A stretch of DNA of 64,000 nt from Dendrobates tinctorius (lineage: Eukaryota). The position numbers and the translations under genes are program-made. A model generated the notes under the pieces. The model was not told the origin of the DNA. It worked only from the letters and a program-made list of their open reading frames with translations, and did not search any database. The stretch spans positions 7,378,001-7,442,000 of the forward strand of contig NW_027361702.1 in NCBI RefSeq assembly GCF_039654945.1, in the 5' to 3' direction. Position 1 is the first letter of the stretch, and each line of letters starts with the position of its first letter. Positions 1 through 12,487 of the stretch are shown here, piece after piece.

Positions 1-3000
1 CATGAAGCATCTGGTAAATAAAAGTTTAATAGTCGATCGTATGGACTCCATTATGAAGGTGTGAAATCGAAGGAAGCTATTCAATCTCTTTAAATTAATG
101 ATGGTTCTATAAGAACCATCTAGTTTGGAGACCAGGAACAAAAGGGAATAAAACCCACTTCTTTCCTGGTCCCCCGGGACCTCTACCAGAACATGCTTGG
201 ATAATACACTCAAAACTTCCGACTCAAGAGTCTCCTGGTTTGTAGGGGATTTGAGAGGTTAATATAAAGGAATTTGGGGGAATTTGATGAAATTCCAGCA
301 TCAGACCCGATGATACTAGGCTTAGAGTCCAGGGATTAGATGTAATCTCTCCCCATTTATGACAAAAGAATCTTAACCTGCCACCCACAGGAGGGTCAGG
401 GTTAAGCGAAGTTAATGTTAGGAACGGTGGAACGCACTAAATAAATAATAAAGTGCGTTCGCAGCTTGGGGTCCACCGTGCAGAAGGTGTTAACACTGCT
501 GCTAATTAATGGCAGACGCGCTATATGGCGGTATAATGCGCACGGGTTCAACGTCACCCGATGTGCGCAGAGCGGGCTCTGTTATCTCACAGAGGCGCTG
601 TAACATAAACACCGAGCCTGTAAGACTCACAGGTCTCAGCGAAATTGCACCCACGGTATCTGGTCACAAGACACGGGTCCAAGACAGGGGACGGTGTCCG
701 TCTAGGCCTACCGTGCGAGCGGCGTCGCTACTACAGATGCTGGTAAGTGTTGCTGAATGCAAAGCGGTGGCAGACACAGCCGCTATGTGATAGTGCCGTG
801 AGAGACGTGACACCACCGGACGCTAGTGTAGAGGTGCGGTGTGCACAGTGGCCTATGGATTGCCACTGACTGGCGCTGACTCTTTCTATAGTTCCCTATC
901 CACATGCGTAATATCAGAAGTAGGGGAATCTTAATAAGTCAGTCACCAGAATCATACATCCATCACCATTCACACATCTACCAAGAAGAGTCTATAGCCG
1001 TGCGCTTCCGGGACCTTCCAGATCTCTGAGATGGACCAATCAGATCAGGAGAAGGACCTGAGCACGTGACTCCCGACCTCCAATGGGAGATCGTCTCGTG
1101 AGCATGCTCAGTGGAGCGGCAGAGGAACTTCACCTCAGGAATGACTTGCTGCAGAGCAGCATGTGAGGCTCTGGATTCCTGTTGTGTAGCTGCAGGAATC
1201 CGACACCCAACAGTTTCTGCTCTTGGAAAAAGATCCACTAAATAGGGCACCTTTTTGCTTGGTCTCCCTAGTCTCCCACTGATCCTGGTTTTTATAGGAC
1301 CTCCTTTTAGCGAATGGCTGTTTCTTGAAGGCCCTCCTGTAGGATGGAACAAATTGGTAGGGAACCCCTTTCTTTCTGTCTCCCGCCTTAGTAAGGATCT
1401 CTGAGTACCTTGCCAAACAGGTACTCACCCTGGGAAGGAATTGCGCACAACTTAAGACTTTGATTGTGCATCACCTTTCCGGCCCTTCAGCCATAACGTA
1501 CGGTGAGCAGAATTTGCAAGACCAGCTGACCTAGCCACCAGGCGTAGGGAGTCCGCAGAGGCATCCGCTAGATATGCAGTAGCTCCCCTGATCAATGGGA
1601 TAGAAGACAATTTCTCTTTAGAAACTCCCTTCCTGATCTGCTCTTCTAAGTGATCAATCCAGACCAACATTGATCTTGCTGTACACGTGCCAGATATAGT
1701 CGGTCTAATGGCCCCAGTACAGGACTCCCATGATCTTTTAAGGAGCGTTTCTGCTTTGCGGTCTAGAGGGTCAAATAGAAACCCAGAGTCTTCTACGGGT
1801 AGGGCAGACTGTTTCTAAGTTGAACCCACAGCAATGTCCACTTTGGGAACTTTGGACAATGTTGCCAAATCTTCATCAAAGGGAAACCTCCTTTTGGAAG
1901 CTGAAGGGAGGAACCCTCGCTGTCCCTGCTTCACCCACTCCTTCCTGACCAATGTTTCACCGCTGTGATCACTGGAAATGTCCGCCTCTTTTTTGCAAGA
2001 GGCCCGCAGACATGATCTCCTGCGTAGTTCTAGCCACCTTTGCATCAGCAATCCCCATGGTACTTCCAACCGATTTTACCAGGTTATCAATGTTCTCTAT
2101 GGGGAAACAGGATCATACTTCCTCATCAGATGATGTTGAATGAGAAGAACCAGTGGATCTAACCAAGTCACTATCAGAAGAGGGGCTAGAGACAGGGGTA
2201 ACACTCCTTGCACTGGTCCTATGCTTCTTAAGTTTGCCCGAAAGTTCTAGGGACTGGAATTCCTCCCTAATCATTGCCCATATATCAGTGGACCTGATGG
2301 ACGATTCCTCCTTTAGAGTCTTGGCTGATACATTTTTGACACAGTCTCTTAACGGTGTCAGGAAAAGGCTGCGAGCACAAGGCACATTCTCTGTGTTAAG
2401 TCTTTCTAGCTTTTTTTAGCCTCAAAAAGGGGTATACAGAAAGTAGGGGTAATCAGCTTAGTAGGCAGAGCCATGTAACACTCACCCAGTGAAGCTTGTC
2501 AATGTGGCACCGGCTCTGGAGATGGAGGCACAGCATGAGTTGTAGCCTGCACAGAATTCTTGCTTCGCACACTCTTCAGTGGAGTCACCATCCTGGGAGC
2601 GCCCACTGCTGCTCTTGGACTTGCTGTGAATCTGCACTTCCACCACCTATGGGTGCACCTCGGAATCTGCTGGAGAGGACATCTTTGGGGCACACCAGCA
2701 GCAGGACGCAGCTGGATTTTATACATACCGACGTTCATCCACCTCTCCATGCTTGAGACATCTCCCGGGCCCCCTGTAAGTGAATCCTAGGCACTTCCGG
2801 GTCAGGAGCGCTAACTGGCCATTGCGCATACGCGGGGCCTGAAACCCAAAAGCACGGCCCAATGGAGGAGCCGGGCGGCCGATGCCCACACCCCGCTCCC
2901 CCAGGATGAGTGCCGGCTATTCCAGACCGCACCACTCTCCCCACGTGAGCCAGGGCTGCCCCCCTCCTGGACCCTGGCCTCATGCCTTCCACCACCAGAC

Positions 3001-3260
3001 ATGGGGGGGGGGGGGGGGGGGGGGGGAGAGTCTAACAGGCAGGGCTCACCCGATGCTGCTTCTGGAGCCGCAGACTCTGCCGTTCCCACAGGTGGCTGCA
3101 AAAAAAAAAAGGCCCAGGTAACTTTTTCTTCTGCTGGTTCCAGTAGAAACAGGAAACCAACTGAGGAGGTGAGGGGGACTGCCCTTTTTTATCTGCAGGT
3201 TTCCTGTTCCTAATGGCAGATCTCCTCTCTCAGTGGGTGCTGTTGTGGCGAAAAGAAAAA
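1..3260 (-). mobile_element. DIRS-type tyrosine-recombinase retrotransposon, 5' part, degenerate, in nup62 intron
   Basis: Left terminal repeat at 3260-3140 resembles the DIRS end at 46383. Broken ORF1 fragments include RECALC, EWVKQ...KRRFPF, KVPKVDIAV and YLADASADSLR. The pol start PVGGRLRFF...RTIINLKRLN...FIMESIRS lies at 400-1. Confidence 0.88.
416..1212. mobile_element. Probable solo LTR inserted at the DIRS ORF1/pol junction
   Basis: TGTTAG...CCAACA termini, 797 bp, interrupts otherwise joinable DIRS sequence; flanks gttaa/gtttc match only 3/5 as a TSD. Confidence 0.55.
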
Positions 3261-3382
3261 GTAAAATATTCTGCATGCACACAAGAGCATGTTGTGGGTT
3301 CTCGAGTCTGCAGCACAGAGTACGGTGACCCGTACAGGACACGCAAAGCGAGTAGTTACTAGGTCTAGTTTCGCTGTCTTAC

Positions 3383-3432
3383 CTTTTCTGGTCCAGCTTC
3401 ACCTTCTCCATCTCCAGGTGTAATGCGGTGAT
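3383..3432 (-). CDS. nup62: nup62 coding exon 7
   Basis: [16 protein letters not shown], donor GTAAGA; directly continues the conserved p62 coiled coil. Confidence 0.95.
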
Positions 3433-6400
3433 CTGACAACATAAGGCAGTGAGATATTAGATGGCTACAGAGGCAATTGCCGCCCACCGTGGCCCCGGAG
3501 TATTTCTCGCTCACCTTTTCCCCATTGCTGATCAGTGTTCGGTCCCAGGCATTGACTTGCGTAGCCTGCTGTAAAAAATGTTTTTCTTGATCTTCAAGCT
3601 CCAAACTCCATTTGTTGATCAGGTTTTCTAGTTGGGCATAGGTCATAACAGCTGGGGCACTACTGTAAGGTAAAAGCATTAAATTAGGGGCATGACCACA
3701 GTCCTGATACATTATGTAACAAATAGAAAGCGGCAACAATGGAGGGAAATAAAGACTGAAAATGTAAATCAATCGCCAGATTCCACAATAGAAACTGCAG
3801 ACAATATAAGAGAGACCTAATGAAGCTGGTGTTCTTACTTTGATAATCCATGTTTGCAATATATTGTGCCATGGACCTTGAGTAGAGTAAGCAAATAAAT
3901 CAGCAACCAAGAAAAACTAATCAAATAAGAGTCTCAGTATTAAAATACTCTCCATATAAAGGAGCCGGCGGGCCTGTTGAGGAGTCTGTGTCGCGTTGCA
4001 CTTACCTTACAGGTGCGGAGCCAGCAGTAATACTTTGCACTGCTCCTGTAGTCTGTGGTTTAGTAGCCAAGGTGGCTGCAAGAGAGAACAGATAGTCTCT
4101 GAATGGACATTGATAAAAGTAATGATTAAGTCCAACATCTAAAGGCATCGACCGTTTAGTCGTTCAACCCTGTCAGGTTTATAAACTTTGAGAGCCGCTA
4201 GTTTCTCAGACTAATGAAAGAGGAAATCTCAGAGTTTGGCCATGGCAGAAAATCGTCTCGGATCTCAAACTGTTCATGTAGCAGAGCAATGAACTCAGGA
4301 GGTCACTAGTGATTATGAAGACCACTAATTTATAAATCTGCACAAAGTGCAGCATCCCCAGGTGGCAGGGCTGTGGAGTCGGTGTCATGGAAATTGAGGA
4401 GTTATAGTCAGAGTCTGAGGTTTGGCTTACCGACTCCACAGCCCTGGTATGAGGGAGTCGGAGTAGTGGAGTCAGAGTCATGGAAATTGAGGAGTCGGAG
4501 GTTTGGCTTACCGACTCCACAGCCCTGCCTGGCGGTGACTGGGGGTCGGCACGGAGAAGGCTGCAGATGTTCTTCAGCCGCCACTGTCCCATCAGAAAGG
4601 ACAATGCCCCGTGACCCTCAGGGGACAGATTTGTTGCTGGTCCAGAAGGTAATGTTTTTGCCTCTGTGATGCACATTTGGGACAGTGGCCAATGCTGTTG
4701 TTTATGCAGACATGTCCACATTAATAAAACAGTCATACCTGCAGCTGGCGTCGTGGTTGTTATTGAGAAGAGAGATGCCGCTGACGTGGTAAGACTGGAG
4801 CCAAGTGTCAGTGTGCTGGGGGGTGCAGATGACGTTGTAGTCCCTAAAACTGCTGCTACTACGGAAATGGTGAAAAAGAAATAACCTGCAGTCAATTTAC
4901 TGTAAATTCTTTCTGCAAATATACACACTTCAGAAAATGACACCAAGAAGGACGAGAATGCAGGAGGATTGTCTACAAGGTGGATACATTGTGCCAATTG
5001 TTGGTACATTTGAAGCCAGCAGTCATTTAGTAACCAGCTAGCAAGGCAGACATGTACCGATCCATCAGTAATAAATCCATCAGTGCACATAGGCTGCAGT
5101 CACGCTGTCCGGTGTAAACAGGATAACGCGCAACCGAAAAACCAGGATCATTGTGACGACCAGTAGACAAGCGTTTTGCTGGTTCCAGGTGATCGTCAGT
5201 CTGTTTACAGTGCACAATTAACCATCACTACTAGGAATGCTTGCTTCGGATATCTGATCCATGAACATAGATTTTAAGGCTATGTTCACATGTTTGTTTA
5301 CTCAGTTTCATTATATGCAAATGAAAAGCTGCATTTTACAGAACCAGCAAAAGCTATGAGATTTCAGAAATCTCATGCATGCGCTTGTTTTTAGTTTCCT
5401 GACTGAATTGAAAACTGTAAATTGTCAACTATTTCAGTGCTTTTGCAGCGTTTTTTTTCACCCATAGAAAACAAATGCAAATATGCAGCAAAAAACATTG
5501 GCATCTGATTTTGCAGCGTTTTTAGTGAAGAGCAAGATGTGAAATCCATTTATTTTTGTGATTTTCCCAAGTTTAAAGGGGTTGTCCAAGAACTGCCATA
5601 TACTCCCCTTCAGTGCCGACACTCACATCGCCATCCCTGCCTTTAGGCGCATTGATCATCAACAGGAAGTCAGGGCTGCAGCTGCTCTCATTTCCTCTTC
5701 CTTCCACTTCCTTCTTCGCAGGGTTCACGTGAGCCTCAGGAACGTGAGTGTCGACATTGCTGAGTAGTGCCGGAATGGGGAGTATAGTATTTTAATGGGG
5801 CCAAATATGAGGAATAAGAAGGGGTTGTCCAAGTAGTGGAAAACCCTTTTAAACCACAATGTCTTTCTATCCTCACAGGAGCATGGATGTTAGTACAAGG
5901 ATAGTTTAATTAAATTGTGATAAGAATAAAAGTAGACATCGCTCGACCAGCTCCCTTCCCTACTAATGTGCAAAGTAAACATCACCCGACCAACTCCCTT
6001 CCCTACCAATGTGCAAAGTAAACATCACCAGACCAGCTCCCTTCCCTACTAATGTGCAAAGTAAACATCACCCGACCAACTCCCTTCCCTACCAATGTGC
6101 AAAGTAAACATCGCCAGACCAACTACCTTCCCTACCAATGTGCAAAGAAAACATTGCCCGATCAACTCAATGCCCCACCTATTCATCTCTCCCCCTCTGC
6201 TGTTTTTACATTTGCAATGGTGTATTTTTTTTTTATCAACTGATATAACCTTCCTTCACAGCTGCATTTCATCCACAATTCCAAATGTGCTCGGATAAGG
6301 TGTTATCTGAGCATGCGCGAGTGCTAATAGTGTCTTCGGCATGCTCTAATACTATGTTCAAGTCCCCGTGACTGATTGACTCATTGCTGTTCTGTGAATT

Positions 6401-9400
6401 ATAGCCATCCGTAATACCTGAAATGGAGTGTACAGTGTTTGCTGTGTTACAGCAGACCTTCACTTCTAGCTAAAATCTGTGTATCTGGATAATAGGCATT
6501 CCCATCCTCCCCCACTGGGCGATAATGCAGAACACTGCAGGCCTTCCATATGTGCTCCTACACTACAGATATGCTGCGCTCCTACACGATGGATACGACT
6601 GATGTCTACAAGAGATGCCTGGAGAAACAACATGGTGCTGGACATCTGGAGTAAGGGCGAGGATGCATATACCCAGCCATGGGCGAGTCATCCGATAACG
6701 GACCCCACACGAACACAGATTCTCCCACTTATTGACATATAGCTGTAAAGATCGTGGCCTCTGCTGTGTGGATCAGAGTCTCCTAAACCTAATGGGGAGC
6801 TGTAAACAGGTCAAATCAGAGATATATGAAACGTCATTGTTTCATTTGTATTTCAGTCATTTTTAACCCCTTCCCGATATGGCCAATTTTAATTTTTTCC
6901 TCCTCTTTTCCCAGAGCCATAACTTTTTCCATATAGCCATATGAGGCTTGCTTTTTGTGGGGCAAGTTGAACTTTTAAATGACAGTATTCACTTTACCCC
7001 ATAGTGTACTGGAAAACAGGGAAAAAATTCCAAATGTGATAAAATTGTAAAAAAAACAGATTTCCGACTTTATTGGGAATGGTTTATACGGCATCCATTG
7101 TGTGGTAAAAATGACCCTGGCAATAGAATTATCCTTAGCAGTACAATTACGCCGATACCAAACTTGTCCACATTTTTAATTTTTTTTTTTCCACCACCCA
7201 AATAATAAGTAATCAAAAATTTAAAAAAACAACCCTTTTTTGAGATTCTTCCCATTTTCTGAGATTCACCGCTTTTACTTTTAGGTCAATAGAGCACAAG
7301 TGACAGCTTATTTTTTTGCAGGGCGCAATGACATTTTTATGGATACTATTTTGGGATAGATGTGACATTTTGATCACTTCTTACAGCATTGTTGTGATAT
7401 TACATAGACCAAAAAAGCCTGGAATTTTGATGTTTGTAATTTTTTTTCTGTTTACTAGTTGAGTTAATTAATTTTTGATATAGCAGATTCTTCTGAATAC
7501 GGCGATGCCACATATGCATTTTTTTAATGGTCTTTATTTTTAACATGTGGAAATGGAGGCGAGTTGAATGGGTTTTTTAAAACTTTTTTCAGTTTTTACT
7601 GTATTTATTAGTCCCTTGAAGGCGATCGTCTGATACTATATCACAGTATTACTGAATATAGTAAAAACCACAGGTCACAGCTCTGGTTTCAAGGGAGCTC
7701 TACAATGAAAAGCATGGAGGTCTTAAGAAGACCCTTGACTCTCATAGCAACCCATCGGCGACCAGTGGTCCTGTCACGGACGTGTCAGAGGTTGCAGAGA
7801 ATGAGGACAATGCGCGGTTAATGACGGTCACAGTTTGACAATGGCATTTAATAAGTTAACAGTCGTGGACGGCGCTCAGCTCCACCAGTGGCTTTTCGTG
7901 GCAGTCCCTGGCTGTAAAAAACTGCCATTACCTGCTGGGTACGGCCCACCCATACTCCCGCTACCGACTTGTGCTGTACACGTTCAGCGGATGTTGGCAA
8001 GTGACTAGATATATTAAACGTTACTGGGGGGGGGGGGATATTTAAAAAAATAAATAAATAATAATAATGGATGCAACACAAATGCAAAATGGATGCAACA
8101 TGAGAAAAATGCACCGTTTCACACGAATGTAAAACCTGACAGATGGATTACTGCAGTCTTGACATTTTTTGGGGACAAATTGCAGTTTTTTGCAGAAGCA
8201 ATAGAGGTTTTCGGCTTCCCAAGTAAACGTACAGGTGGTCCCCATATTAATAACATAACTAACCTTGTGCGGGTTCGGACGGCTTTACAAACAGGTTTGG
8301 AACTGGCTGCACTGGAGCAGTCTGCGTTGGGGCAGTAGCAGGAGTTGAGATATTTGATGCAACAGACGTTCCCATACAAAAAGCTAAATGACAGAGGAGA
8401 GAGAGCGAGAGAGAGAATGCCGTGACTCAGAACAGGGGACAAACTATCTGCTACCAATATACAGTATATGCAATAGGAAATAAAATCAGTTCTCTTCTAT
8501 AAAAGCCAAAAGCTCATAACACTTCCCAACACTTGCATTAACCATTGCTTCCCTTTGTTTCCTGCTCAAGGTTGGAAAGTTCCTGTGAATGCTTTCATTG
8601 CTTAGCACTTTGATGGAGCTCAATATAAAACCACCCAAAAGGGCCGACAGCATATTACATCCAGCGGGAATTGTCCTGCTGACTCCCAGTAATAGGATTG
8701 GTGTTTGAGAAAACTTTTGGGCAACCGTAACAAATAAAGACCCCATTTGGGCCATACCTGGGGTCTGCACTGCATTGCTGGCTGCAAGGGTAGGAGCCGG
8801 TGCTGTTGCTGTAACAGAAGGTCCAGTTGTCGACACAGCACCAGTGAAACTGAAGCCGCCGCCACCGCCAGCACTGGGAGCTGCTGGGACGGGTTGAGGA
8901 ATTGCAGTCCCAAAAGTGAAGCCAGATGTCTGAGTGGTCCCGCTGGCCGGTGCTCCGGCTACTCCCTGCGTCGCTCCTCCCAGCCCCAGCTTAGGTGCAG
9001 GGTTTCTGAAATAAAAGACAAGTGGTTTATTAACAAGTACAATTATATCATCTTGACGGTACAAGTCGTAGAAAAACTATAAAAACGGTGTCACATGTAA
9101 ATTAGCCAACAAGTGCATTTATAGTGTGAACACGCACCGAATACATCTCAATTTCACAGCACTGGTATATTGTTTTTATCATTTAAATTAAATTTTATAT
9201 ATATAAAAAAGTAACAGTGTAAATAAATAATAGCAATTTGGTATCTTATTTACACCGATACCCAAATCAGTACCAATAAATACAGCAACTCGGCCTCGGA
9301 AAAAAAATAAGTCCACCCACAGCTCCTTAAACAGAAAACCAGAAAGATGCACAAAAATATTTGCTTGCTGCAAAGTATTTTTATTGTGTAAACGTAGTAA

Positions 9401-12400
9401 AACTATATGAAATAGGCATCTTATTAATCGTACCGGCCACAGAATACAGTCTGTCACTTACAGTGGGTATGGAAAGTATTCAAACCCCTTTAAATGTTTC
9501 ACTTTATTTCATTGCAGCCATTTGGTAAATTCAAAAAAGCTCATTTTGTTCTCATTAATGTACACTCTGCACAAAAACTTGACTGAAAAAAAACCCAGAA
9601 ATGTAGAAATTTTGCAAATTCATTAGAAAAAAAAACCTGAAATATCACATGGTCATAAGTATTCAGACCCTTTGCTCAGACACTCATATTTAAGTCACAT
9701 GCTGTCCATTTCCTTGTGTTCCTCCTTGAGATGGTTCTATTCCTTCATTGGAGTTCAGCTGTGTTTTGTTAAACTGATACGACTTGATTTGTAAACGCAC
9801 ACACCTGTCTATATAAGAGCTCACAGTGCATGTCAGACCAAATGAGAATCTTTAGGTCAAAGGAACTGGCCAAGGAGCTCAGAGACAATTGTGGCAAGGC
9901 ACACATCTGGCCAAGGTTACAATAGAATTTCGGCAGTACTCAAGGTTCCTAAGAGCACAGTGGCCTCCATAATCCTTAAATAGAAGATGTTTGGGACCAC
10001 CAGAAGTCTTCCTAGACCTGGCCATCCAGCCAAACTGAGCAATCGTGGGAGAAGAGCCTTGGTCAGAGAGGTAAAGAACCCCAAGATCACTGTAGCTGAG
10101 CTCCACAGATGCAGTAGAGAGATGGGAGAAAGTGCCACAAAGTCAACTATCACTGCAGCCCTCCACCAATCGAGCCTTTATGGCAGAGTGGTCCGACGGA
10201 AGCCTCTCGTCAGTTGCAGACATATGAAGGCCCACATAGTTTGCGAAAAAACACATGAAGGACTCCCAGACTGAGAAATAAGATTCTCCGGTCTTATGAG
10301 ATGAAGATAGAACTTTTGGGTGATAATTCTAAGCGGTATGTGTGAGAAAACCAGGCACTGCTCATCATCTGCTCAATACAAACCCAACAGTGAAACATGG
10401 TGGTGGAAGCATCATGCTATGGGGGTGTTTTTCAGCTGCAGGGACAGGACGACTGGTTGCAATTGAAGGAAGCATGAATGCGGCCAAGTACAGAGATATC
10501 CTGGATGAAAACCTCTTCCAGAAAGACAATGACCCAAAGCACACAGCTAAAATAACAAAGGAGTGGCTTCAGAACAACTCTGTGACCATTCTTGACTGGC
10601 CCAGCCATAGCCCTGACCTAAACCCAACTAAGCATCTCTGGAGAGACCCGAAAATGGCTGTCCACCAATGCTCACCATCCAACCTGACGGAATTGGAGAG
10701 GATCTGCAAGGAAGAATGGCAGAGGGTCCCCAAATCCAGGTGTGAAAAACTTGTTGCATCATTCCCAAGAAGACTCCTCACTGTACTAGCTCAAAAGGGT
10801 GCTTCTACTCAATACTGAGCAAAGGGTCTGAATACTTATGACCATGTGATATTTCAGTTTTTCTTTTTTAATAAATTTGCAAAAAAATTCTACATTTGTT
10901 TTTTTTTCATTCAAGATGAGGTGCAGTGTGCACATTAGTGAGAAACAAAATGATTTTTTTTGAATTTACCAAATGGCTGCAATGAAACAAACAGTGAAAA
11001 ATTTAAAGGGGTCCGAATACTTTCTGTACCCACTGTATGCCATGTGTCATGTTGCTGTAACAAACACCAACCAGGGGAAAAAATCTGCCAATGATTAGTC
11101 ACCATTTTCACATCAAAGTGCCTTAAAGAAATTAAAGGGAATCAGTCACCATGTTTTTGCTATTCTGTCTGAGGGCAGCATGATGTAGGGGCAGAGACCC
11201 CGCTTCGAGCTATGTGTCACTTACTGGGCTGCTTGCTGTAGTTTTGATAAAATCACTATTTTCTCTGCTGCAGATCTAGCACTACTCTAAATGCTGAGCC
11301 CGATATAACCCCACCCACCTCACTGACTGGCTGCCTTCTGTATACACAGTGCATAGGCATAAAGCTGTTGGTGGTGTGGGAGGTGTTCTGCATAGCTCAT
11401 GAATATGGATAACTACATGGCAGCAGGTTTACTAGTCCTCTAGTGATAAAATAAGTTTTAACAGCAGATGATCAAAATGACACTAAGCAGCTCAGTAAGT
11501 GACATTGTTGGAATCACCCCTGATTGGCAGCTTCCTGTGTACACTGGCAGCAAGCTGCCAATCAGTGGTGGGGTTAGACGGATTAGCTTGACTGCATGAA
11601 CGAGAGACCTAGTCTGGCAATGATAATCTTCTGCTTATAAAACACTATATTGAAACTACAAGATACAGTAATAAGTGACATCCCTGGAATCAGACTCTCT
11701 GCTCTCACATTAACCCCTTAATGACCAGGGGTATTTTTGGTTTTACATTTTCATTTTTCCCTCCCCTTCTTTCCAGAGCCATAACTTTTTTATTGTTCCG
11801 TTTATATGGCCATGTGAGGGCTTATTTTTTGCGGGACGAGTTGTACTTTTAAATGACATCATTGGTTTTACCATATCGTGTACTCGAAAACGGGAAAAAA
11901 ATTCCAAGTGCGGTGAAATTGCAAAAAAAGTGCAATCCCACACTTGTTTTTTGCTTGGCTTTTTTGTTAGGTTCACTAGATGCTAAATCTCACCTGCCAT
12001 TATGATTCTCCAGGTCATTACGAGTTCATAGACACCAAAAATGTCTATGTCCTCTTTTATCTAAGTGGTGAAAAAAAATTCCAAAGTTTGCTAAAAAAAA
12101 AAAAAAAATGTGCGCAATTTTCCGAGACCCGTAGCGTCTCCATTTTTCATGATCTGGGGTCGGGTGAGGGCTTATTTTTTCCGTGCCGGACTGACGTTTT
12201 TAATGATACCACTTTTGTGCAGATACGTTCTTTTTATCGCCCGTTATTGCATTTTAATGCAATGTCTTGGTGACCAAAAAAACGTAATTCTGGCGTTTTT
12301 AATTTTTTTCTCGCTACGCCGTTTAGCGATCGGGTTAATGCTTTTTTTTTATTGATAGATCGGGCGATTCTGAACGCGGCGATACCTAATATGTGTATGT

Positions 12401-12449
12401 GGGATTTTTTTTTTACTGTTTTATTTTGATTGGGGCGATCTGAACTTTT

Positions 12450-12487
<38 letters not shown>

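Noticed and set aside
3003-3026. Long G/C homopolymers (also ~30110, 34240, 47385) as G-quadruplex elements
   Set aside because: Lengths are unreliable in assemblies and the runs lie mostly in decayed repeats.
1-3382. Remaining nup62 C-terminal exons
   Set aside because: No LDQELDFIL-like coding segment was seen on the minus strand; the interval is DIRS/LTR sequence.
4206-5090. 294-aa minus-strand ORF
   Set aside because: Chance read-through of nup62 exon 4, intron sequence and a MITE; only 4739-4858 is supported as coding.
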